Shown: piece by piece, positions 25,273 through 32,000 of the stretch
How positions within the stretch are numbered: the stretch's first letter is position 1
Layout of the letters: every line of letters starts with the position of its first letter
Origin: an uncultured Lachnospiraceae bacterium
GTDB lineage: Bacteria; Bacillota; Clostridia; Lachnospirales; Lachnospiraceae
Length of the DNA: 32,000 nucleotides
Direction of reading: 5' to 3'
NCBI GenBank assembly: GCA_947053345.1
Contig: CAMRSM010000006.1
Coordinates: 83,370-115,369, forward strand
The notes under the pieces: model-generated
Seen by the model: only the letters and a program-made list of their open reading frames with translations
What the model was told of the DNA's origin: nothing
Databases searched by the model: none
Position numbers and translations under genes: made by a program

Positions 25273-25314
25273 CAGATGAGCCGCTTGGATACACTGCCCC
25301 AAGCGGCTCATCTG
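25273..25314. repeat. Perfect 16-bp inverted repeat (probable terminator hairpin without a clear U-tract)
   Basis: CAGATGAGCCGCTTGG (25273-25288), a 10-nt loop, then CCAAGCGGCTCATCTG (25299-25314). It lies 74 nt after the FrhB-like stop codon. Confidence 0.5.
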
Positions 25315-25486
25315 CGCCTGCCCATCGCCCATTCCGGCAGGGATGGCTTAAAACCAAAACCCTCCATCATCACGGAGCTGCTTTAATTTCATAAGTTTTT
25401 ATCCCACAATATCATTTTAGAATTATCAACGATATTACTCCCAAATAATATCAACACCGAAATCCCCTCCACCGCCAAATTCCTTC

Positions 25487-25515
25487 TTTACACTATACCA
25501 TTTGCGTGTTATAAT
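25487..25515 (+). promoter_or_regulatory. Sigma-A promoter (extended -10) of the 428-aa protein / S8 protease unit
   Basis: TTTACA (25487-25492), a 17-nt spacer, then TGT-TATAAT (-10 at 25510-25515), set in an AT-rich intergenic region. Confidence 0.55.
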
Positions 25516-25575
25516 AGAACCAATTATAAGTATAGTTATGCTATGCATAAAACTTAGCATAGACAGGAGGCGGCC

Positions 25576-26862
25576 ATGATTCAGGCATACAATCATTTAT
25601 TAACTGAATATTCCTCGAATTTTTCGGCGCGCACACGTTCCGTACACAAGCCGAATGAATTAAAAGCGGTATACAGCCGGATCTTAAACATGAACCGGCA
25701 TTCCGCATATTATAAACTTGACCTCTCGAGTGAGAAGCAGCTTTTTACCCTTGCACTCAAGGACTCCTCCCTCGCGCTCGCGGATACGTTAAAAGAGCTC
25801 GGGCACGCCTTTGAGCGTCCGAGCGTGATCAATTCCGCGCATTCTTCCGATCCGGAAAGTATTTCCGCATCTCTTGTTGATGCGGAGCACACCTCGTTCC
25901 GTGAGCCGGTTTCTGTCCGCGTGAAGTCTTTGGCTACCCCTCAGGTAAATACCGGCCTCAGGGTTCTCTCCGAGGGGGAGGGACCGACCCCGGCAGCATA
26001 CCGTTTCCGCATCCAGACCGGGGAGGACAGCTATGAATTTTCCTACAATGTCAGCACGTCCTCGTCAAACCGGGAGCTGATGCACAAGCTTACAAATTTT
26101 ATCAACCGTTCGGATATCCATGTCCTCGCAAAGGTGGAGGACGACGCGGACAGCCGCACCTCCCGCATCGTGCTTACCTCGGAGGAAACCGGTCTCCCAA
26201 AAGGTCAGACAACGGCGTTCTCCATCGCGGACTCCGCGTCCGGCGGCGGGCTCGTTCCGGGGCTTGTCAGTTATTTTGGCCTCGACCATATCACACAGAA
26301 ACCAACCAACGCGAAATTTTTGCTTGACGGCAGGGAAAAGACGAGCATGAGCAACACCGTCGTCCTCAACCGCGACCTCTCGCTCACTTTCCAAAAAAAG
26401 ACCAGGCGCGAAGTGACCGTCAGTCCGGAGACCGCCGGGGAGCAGGCGATCGGGGAACTTGCAAATTTCCTGAAAAGTTATAACGCACTGTTGAATCTTT
26501 CCCGCAACGGGCTGCCCGGCAACCGCCGCTCCGCCCGCCTGCAAAACGACTTAACACGCATCCTTTCGACCGATCCGGAGGAGTTGAGCCGCTCCGGCAT
26601 CCGGCGCAATGAGGACTTCACGCTCTCCATCGACAGCCAGACGATCAAGAAACCGGAAACGATGCAGCATTTAAAGACACTTTTTGAAGAACCGGACGGC
26701 CTGTTTGCGAAACTCTCCCACAAAATGTCGGATATCTCGCTCAACCCGGTGGATTATGTTGATAAAGTGATCGTTACCTACCCGAACACCGCGAAACCCG
26801 GTTTTACGAATCCGTACCTGACCTCAATCTACAGCGGTATGATGTTCAGTTCCTACTGCTAA
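25576..26862 (+). CDS. Hypothetical 428-aa protein, no signal peptide or recognised motif
   Basis: ORF with GGAGG 6 nt upstream of the ATG. Composition is Ser/Thr/Leu-rich and coding-like. Its stop codon abuts the protease gene. Confidence 0.75.
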   Translation: MIQAYNHLLTEYSSNFSARTRSVHKPNELKAVYSRILNMNRHSAYYKLDLSSEKQLFTLALKDSSLALADTLKELGHAFERPSVINSAHSSDPESISASLVDAEHTSFREPVSVRVKSLATPQVNTGLRVLSEGEGPTPAAYRFRIQTGEDSYEFSYNVSTSSSNRELMHKLTNFINRSDIHVLAKVEDDADSRTSRIVLTSEETGLPKGQTTAFSIADSASGGGLVPGLVSYFGLDHITQKPTNAKFLLDGREKTSMSNTVVLNRDLSLTFQKKTRREVTVSPETAGEQAIGELANFLKSYNALLNLSRNGLPGNRRSARLQNDLTRILSTDPEELSRSGIRRNEDFTLSIDSQTIKKPETMQHLKTLFEEPDGLFAKLSHKMSDISLNPVDYVDKVIVTYPNTAKPGFTNPYLTSIYSGMMFSSYC

Positions 26863-26905
26863 GATGCATCCACTTGCGGACACATCTTCCCGAAAGGCGG
26901 CATTT

Positions 26906-29158
26906 ATGAAAAAAAAGAGATTCTTTCCTACAACAATGATGGCAGCATTTGTTTTGCTGCCATCATTGCTATATTACCCGGAGCGTTCCGTTTCCTGCCA
27001 GACCAGACAGGAATTTCCTGCTACCGCAGCAGCTTTTGCGGGTCTTTCTGCCGCATGTGCGGATAACGGGCAGACCGCCTTTTCCGACATCATCCTCCTG
27101 ATGCGGGAGGACACAAAACCCGCACAGGAGGCTTCCCTGTTTTGCAGGCTTCCGGAAGATTTTGTCCTCTGGCACGAAAATGGTGCGGCACTGCTCCGCG
27201 TACCGGAGGCTTCCGCGGACTTCTGGCTTGCGCGCCTTAAAGAAAACCCCCTTGTCGCGGCGGCCGACTTCGACGCGCCGTTAACCCCCCTCGCCATCTC
27301 AGAGGACGCATATTCCGATGCCCAGTGGGGATTACATAACACGGGTTCCTACAGCTATATTGCCGACATGAATACCTCCACAGTCCTTGGAACCGAGGAT
27401 ATCGACATGAATGTTTTGGAGGCATGGGACTATTATTCTTCTCTCGACTCCCCCGCCCGCGAGGTGGTGGTGGCGGTGATCGACACCGGCATCGACACAA
27501 GGCATCCGGATCTTTCCGCAAACATCTGGGTCAATCCGGGGGAAATTCCGGGAGACGGGATCGACAATGACAACAACGGCTTTATTGATGATACCGAGGG
27601 ATGGGATTTTTACAACGGGGACAACACGGTCTGTCATTACGCGGAAGACGGCATCCATACACTGGAATCGGACGATGATGACCACGGTACCCACGTTGCC
27701 GGAATCATCGCGGCCGTCAAGGACAACGGCATCGGCATCGCCGGTGTCGCGTCCTGCGCGAACATCAAGATCATGCCCCTGAAAATCCACGGCGGCGCAA
27801 AAGGCTCCGGCACGATCGCCAACGCCGTGCGGGCAATCCGCTATGCCACTGCGATGCATGCCGACATCTGTAACATCAGCTGGGGAACCTCAAAGACCAA
27901 CACTGCCCTGGAGGAGGCAATCCGTCAGTCCGATATGCTCTTTATCTGCGCGGCGGGGAATTCCGGCACAAACAATAACAGTGCCCCCGTCTACCCGGCA
28001 AATTACGGACTTCACAATGTTTTGTCGGTCACTTTCCTCGATGCCAGCGGAAACCTGTCAAGGAAGTCAAACTACGGCACCTCAACCGTCGATTTCGCAG
28101 CGCCCGGCATCCATATATTTAGCACCTGTGTCGGCGGTTACGTGTCGCTTTCGGGCTCGTCCATGGCAGCGCCGCATGTTGCAGGTGTCGCGGCACTGCT
28201 CTACTCCTTTAGCGAAAATCTCTATCCTTCCAATATCAAGGAGATCATAACGGAAACGCTCAAGCCCGTCACGGCACTCGAAGGGAAATTAAAGCATGCC
28301 GGGATGCCGGATGCTTTCGCAGCACTTCTTGCCGCTTCCTCGCTCAAGCGGGATTACACGGCACCGATGCTCTCGTTCCAGCCGGGCTTCAGCGACAGCC
28401 GCCTGACCCTGACCGTCACGGCAACCGACATCGGCGGTTCCGGCATCCGCACCATCCGCTACGCCTACGGCATCCGTGAGTTAAGTTCCTTCCGCCGGGG
28501 CACAACCGACACCGCGATCGCCCCGGGCGATACGCTTTCCTTTGCAAAGTCGGGCGACTACACTTTTTACGTCAGCGATTATGCCGGAAACGAGCGGGCG
28601 GTGATCTATCACCTCGCCGACGATACAGCCGCGCCAAAAGTCACCGCTGGTTATGACGTTGCTTACAACCGCAGTTCTTTTACTGTCTCCGTGAATGTCT
28701 CCGACGCACACAGCGGTGTCCGTACGGTAAAGTACGCATCCGGGGAGAAGGATGCCGATTATTTCCGCTCCGGCAGCCAGGGCATCCCTCTCACCCCAGA
28801 AAACGGGCTTGCCAGCTTTTCTGTCAAAAATGAAGGGATCTATACGATCTACGCCGCTGACCACCGTGGAAATAAGACTGTCCACACCATCAATCTGCGT
28901 ATTATCCCTGCGTCCTCAATGTCATTGAACGTATCAAAGAAGACGCTGACGGTGGGGGATTCGTTTTTTCTCCTCCCGAAACTCGCACCGGCACACACGA
29001 CGGACAAAGTCAAATACAGCAGTTCCAAGCCGTCGGTCTGCAAGGTTAATTCTGCCGGGAAGCTCACTGCCGTCTCGCCAGGGCGGTCAACCATCACCGC
29101 AAAGACCTCTGGCGGCATCAAGAAAAAATGTGTAGTGACTGTCAAAGCTGCCAAATAA
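26906..29158 (+). CDS. Secreted subtilisin-like serine protease (peptidase S8) with two Ig-like repeats and a C-terminal Big_2-like domain
   Basis: Signal peptide MKKKRFFPTTMMAAFVLLPS. Catalytic triad contexts are VAVIDTGID (Asp), HGTHVAGIIAA (His) and GSSMAAPHVAGVAALL (Ser), with oxyanion-hole context AAGNSG. The C-terminal LTVGDSFFLLP...STITAKTSGG segment is Big_2-like. Start 26906 follows AAAGGCGG; an in-frame ATG at 26864 has no RBS. Confidence 0.92.
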   Translation: MKKKRFFPTTMMAAFVLLPSLLYYPERSVSCQTRQEFPATAAAFAGLSAACADNGQTAFSDIILLMREDTKPAQEASLFCRLPEDFVLWHENGAALLRVPEASADFWLARLKENPLVAAADFDAPLTPLAISEDAYSDAQWGLHNTGSYSYIADMNTSTVLGTEDIDMNVLEAWDYYSSLDSPAREVVVAVIDTGIDTRHPDLSANIWVNPGEIPGDGIDNDNNGFIDDTEGWDFYNGDNTVCHYAEDGIHTLESDDDDHGTHVAGIIAAVKDNGIGIAGVASCANIKIMPLKIHGGAKGSGTIANAVRAIRYATAMHADICNISWGTSKTNTALEEAIRQSDMLFICAAGNSGTNNNSAPVYPANYGLHNVLSVTFLDASGNLSRKSNYGTSTVDFAAPGIHIFSTCVGGYVSLSGSSMAAPHVAGVAALLYSFSENLYPSNIKEIITETLKPVTALEGKLKHAGMPDAFAALLAASSLKRDYTAPMLSFQPGFSDSRLTLTVTATDIGGSGIRTIRYAYGIRELSSFRRGTTDTAIAPGDTLSFAKSGDYTFYVSDYAGNERAVIYHLADDTAAPKVTAGYDVAYNRSSFTVSVNVSDAHSGVRTVKYASGEKDADYFRSGSQGIPLTPENGLASFSVKNEGIYTIYAADHRGNKTVHTINLRIIPASSMSLNVSKKTLTVGDSFFLLPKLAPAHTTDKVKYSSSKPSVCKVNSAGKLTAVSPGRSTITAKTSGGIKKKCVVTVKAAK

Positions 29159-29175
29159 ACTTATAGGCTGCACAG

Positions 29176-29213
29176 AACGCGCCCCGGCACACAGGATGCC
29201 GGGGCGCGTTTTT
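29176..29213. terminator. Terminator hairpin shared by the convergent S8 protease and pepF genes
   Basis: AACGCGCCCCGGCA / TGCCGGGGCGCGTT forms a 14-bp GC-rich stem with a 7-nt loop. TTTTA follows on the plus strand; the T-run on the minus strand is weaker (TTCTGT). Confidence 0.7.
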
Positions 29214-29227
29214 ACCCATATTCTGTT

Positions 29228-31027
29228 TTACTCTGCGAGAAGCTGTTCCATCTCATCAATATAACCAGCAAAGACTTTCAGGGCATCCTCGATCGGCTTT
29301 GGCGTACTCATATCGACCCCGGCAATCTTAAGCAGCGAAATTGGATCCTCCGAAGATCCTCCGCTCAAAAAACGGATGTAATCCTTCACCGCGCCTTCGC
29401 CCTCCGAAAGTATCTTCTCCGACAGTGCGACCGCCGCGGAATATCCGGTTGCATACTGGTACACATAGAAATTGTAATAAAAATGCGGGATGCGCGACCA
29501 CTCCAGGTCGATCTGCGGGTCGATCACGATATCCTTCCCGAAATACAGAACAACAAGCTCGTGATATTTCTTGTTCAGCACCTCCGCCGTAAGCGCCTCG
29601 CCGCGCTCCGCCATCTCATTGATCATCATCTCGAACTCCGCGAACATCGTCTGGCGGTAGAGGGTCGTGCGGAAGCCTTCCAGCGCATGGTTCAGCAGAT
29701 ACGCGCGCTCCTTTTTGTCCGTTGTCTTTCCGAGCAGATGCTGCATCAAAAGCGCTTCATTACAGGTAGATGCCACCTCAGCGACAAAAATCTTGTAATC
29801 GGCATAAGCGACCGGCTGGCTGTTGTTTGAATACCATGAATGCAGCGCGTGTCCCATCTCGTGCGCAAGCGTGAACACACTGTCAAGATTCCCCGAATAA
29901 TTCAGGAGCACATACGGATGCACCCTCACACCCGCCGAATAAGCACCGCTGCGCTTTCCGACATTCTCATACACATCAATCCAGCGGTTCTCAAATCCCT
30001 CCCGGATATGGCTGCGGTACTCATCCCCGAGCGGAGCCAGCGCCTCGTAGACGATCTCCTTCGCCTCTTCATATGGGATCTTCTTGTCAACACCGCCCAC
30101 AATCGGCGGATAAACATCATACATATGCAATTCATCCAGCTGTAACAGCTTTTTGCGCAGGGCAATGTAGCGGTACATCTGATCCATATTGTCGTGCACC
30201 GTCCGGATAAGGTTCCTGTACACTTCCACCGGGATCTCATTTTGGAACAGCGCGCCCTCCATTGTGGAAGCATAGGAATGCTGCCTCGCGTAGAACATCT
30301 GCTGCTTGATCTGCCCGTAAAGCAGGCTCGCGCTCGTGTTCTGGAACTGGTCATACACCGAGTACAGCCCTTCAAAAGCCGCCTTCCGGACTTCCCGGTT
30401 CTCGCTTTCCATCAGCTGTCCGAAATTCCCATGTGTCAGGCGCACCTCGCCGCCCTCCCCATCCGGGACAACCGGGAACTTCATATCCGCATTGTTCAGC
30501 ACCGCAAAAGCTTCCGATGGCACATGGGAAACCTCCCTGGCATCCGCAAGGATCCTCTCCTCCGCCGCCGAGCGGGTGTGAGATTTGCACGCGAGCGTCC
30601 TTTCGATCATGCGCCTATATGGCTTTAAGGCCGGCTCCTGCTCATAGAATTTTTGGTAAGTCTCCTCCGGAATGGCCACCATCTCCGGAACCACAAAGGC
30701 ATAAGCCGCGCCGAGACGACTGTAAAAGGACATCATCTGGGCATGCATCGCCTGGTATACCGGATTGGTCGTATCCTCATCGTGCTTGCGCGCCGCATAA
30801 CCCGCGATCCGGTCAAGCAAAACGTCCATCTCGTCATTCTTTTTCAGGTAATCATACAACATTTCTGCCGAATCCCCAAGATGCCCGCGGTATTTTTCCG
30901 CGAGCGGGATCAACTCCTGCGCGGCCTTAAAATCCGCCTGCCATAGTTCATCGCCTGCATACAGATCCTCGGTCGCCCATGTGTTTTCTTTTGCGACCTC
31001 GCTTCGCTTTTTCAATTCTTCTGCCAT
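29228..31027 (-). CDS. pepF: Oligoendopeptidase F (M3B metallopeptidase)
   Basis: HEMGHALH zinc-binding motif and PepF-like length of 599 aa from MAEELKKR (ATG 31025-31027) behind TGGAGG. The 18 extra codons of the track ORF lack an RBS. Confidence 0.93.
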   Translation of the reverse strand: MAEELKKRSEVAKENTWATEDLYAGDELWQADFKAAQELIPLAEKYRGHLGDSAEMLYDYLKKNDEMDVLLDRIAGYAARKHDEDTTNPVYQAMHAQMMSFYSRLGAAYAFVVPEMVAIPEETYQKFYEQEPALKPYRRMIERTLACKSHTRSAAEERILADAREVSHVPSEAFAVLNNADMKFPVVPDGEGGEVRLTHGNFGQLMESENREVRKAAFEGLYSVYDQFQNTSASLLYGQIKQQMFYARQHSYASTMEGALFQNEIPVEVYRNLIRTVHDNMDQMYRYIALRKKLLQLDELHMYDVYPPIVGGVDKKIPYEEAKEIVYEALAPLGDEYRSHIREGFENRWIDVYENVGKRSGAYSAGVRVHPYVLLNYSGNLDSVFTLAHEMGHALHSWYSNNSQPVAYADYKIFVAEVASTCNEALLMQHLLGKTTDKKERAYLLNHALEGFRTTLYRQTMFAEFEMMINEMAERGEALTAEVLNKKYHELVVLYFGKDIVIDPQIDLEWSRIPHFYYNFYVYQYATGYSAAVALSEKILSEGEGAVKDYIRFLSGGSSEDPISLLKIAGVDMSTPKPIEDALKVFAGYIDEMEQLLAE

Positions 31028-31093
31028 TTCTTCAACCTCCAAAATTTTTTTTGCAGGGCATGTCCGAAAGCAGCGCCACAATATGGTTATACA

Positions 31094-31921
31094 TCAGCGC
31101 ACCGCCACAAACTCCCCAAATTCATCCAGATAGTATACTTTCCCCGCATCCTCCGTAAAATAAATATTTCCCGCCAGTGTCCCGTTATAAAACACATTCA
31201 GGCAATGGCATTCCTCCCCGTAAACAACGGTCTTCCAATTATCAAGCATCAGGCTGCACTCGTCAAGTGGTGCCGGCAGGCCGAGCGAAGTGTAGGAAAA
31301 CTGTTTCAACAGTTCTGCCGCCGCATCCGCAGTCATCGCATCGGATAACGTATCCTCCTTATCCGGCTGTTCCGTGTGCTCCAAAAGCCCGTCAAAATCC
31401 CTCTTTTTTCCATTCTCATAGTAATACAGTTCCCCGTCATCCCTGCGGACAAGCACATCATAACTCTGCGCCTTCCCCTCATAAGACACGTCATATCGGT
31501 AATATCTCTCACCGCCCGACACAAAATCAGAATCGGAGAGCGTAAACCGATACCCCACCTCCCAGAATACATCGGCAAGAATCTCATCCGCCTCCGCGGT
31601 GTCGATTCCCTCTGACGGCGGTACCGTCGCCTTCGGTGTCGGCGAGACAGCCTCCGTCGGATCCGGTTCCCTGGTCGGATCCGGAACATCGGTCGGTGTC
31701 ATAACCGGCGGCTCAGTCGGGGCATCCGTAGGTTCTATCGACCCGGTCGGATCCGGAACATCGGTCGGGCTTCCGGTCACACCGTCCGCCCCCGGTGTCA
31801 CCCCGCCCGGCTGTACCTGCTGTGTCGGAACCGGATTTTCCGGTTCATCCCCATCCTTCCGGAAATACAGGATTGCCAACACTATGACCGTGACCACCAA
31901 AAGCACAAGGAAAATATTCAT
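31094..31921 (-). CDS. Membrane-anchored hypothetical protein with a Pro/Thr/Asp-rich linker; may start beyond the window
   Basis: TM helix IFLVLLVVTVIVLAILYF, then a PT-rich low-complexity linker (PTDVPDPTGSIEPTDAPTEPPVMTPTDVPDPTREPDPTE), then a globular C-terminal domain. The frame stays open upstream of ATG 31921 to the window edge (Gly/Arg-rich), so the true start is uncertain. Confidence 0.7.
   Translation of the reverse strand: MNIFLVLLVVTVIVLAILYFRKDGDEPENPVPTQQVQPGGVTPGADGVTGSPTDVPDPTGSIEPTDAPTEPPVMTPTDVPDPTREPDPTEAVSPTPKATVPPSEGIDTAEADEILADVFWEVGYRFTLSDSDFVSGGERYYRYDVSYEGKAQSYDVLVRRDDGELYYYENGKKRDFDGLLEHTEQPDKEDTLSDAMTADAAAELLKQFSYTSLGLPAPLDECSLMLDNWKTVVYGEECHCLNVFYNGTLAGNIYFTEDAGKVYYLDEFGEFVAVR
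31673..31768 (-). repeat. 24-nt perfect direct repeat inside the PT-rich linker coding region
   Basis: GGTCGGATCCGGAACATCGGTCGG occurs at 31673-31696 and again at 31745-31768, a 72-nt (24-codon) offset. It encodes the repeated PTDVPDPT unit. A degenerate third copy (GTCGGATCCGG) lies at 31656-31666. Confidence 0.6.
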
Positions 31922-32000
31922 CCACTTATCCGACCCGTTGCCGTTCTTCCCCCTGCCCCCGCCGGATGTCCCCCGCGCCGCGCCGCTGCGGTTTGTGCCA

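Noticed and set aside
25576-26862. Calling the 428-aa protein a FliD-like flagellar cap protein
   Set aside because: Only short, low-information similarities were seen. The N- and C-termini lack the heptad-repeat terminal regions typical of flagellar axial and cap proteins, and no flagellar genes are adjacent. It is left as hypothetical.
1-32000. Search for CRISPR arrays, rRNA/tRNA genes, transposases, integrases, or toxin-antitoxin and known defence-system signatures
   Set aside because: No regularly spaced direct repeats, no tRNA cloverleaf candidates and no recognisable recombinase or nuclease motifs were found by eye in any frame. The low-GC island carries no visible mobility gene.

Overview
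The window looks like a chromosomal segment from a fairly high-GC, endospore-forming, probably motile Firmicute (class Clostridia). Hand counts give about 55-57% G+C on most lines. No database search was possible, so every call rests on motifs read from the translations and the DNA.

Gene content from left to right:
- The tail of an unidentified CDS.
- A minus-strand pair: a MalE-like solute-binding lipoprotein, broken by one in-frame TAA, followed by a methyl-accepting chemotaxis protein.
- A LysM-GH18 spore-cortex-type hydrolase.
- The spoIIAA-spoIIAB-sigF operon.
- A zinc-ribbon/TPR membrane protein with a tiny acidic ORF.
- A FapA (DUF342) protein.
- valS with a clear T-box leader.
- A roughly 3 kb low-GC island carrying one MetRS-like paralog behind a promoter, leader peptide and terminator.
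- A tight four-gene minus-strand operon of unassignable proteins: a 1233-aa giant, a degenerate Hsp70/actin-fold protein, a helical protein and a two-TM coiled-coil protein.
- A ferredoxin plus FrhB-like pair.
- An unknown 428-aa protein followed by a secreted S8 subtilase.
- pepF.
- A Pro/Thr-rich membrane-anchored protein.

No rRNA, tRNA, CRISPR array or recognisable transposase/integrase was seen.

The most interesting items are:
- the MetRS-like paralog, which has an intact HIGH motif but KASSS in place of KMSKS, plus an insertion, and its Met-codon leader-peptide attenuator;
- the uncharacterised four-gene operon at 16604-23751.
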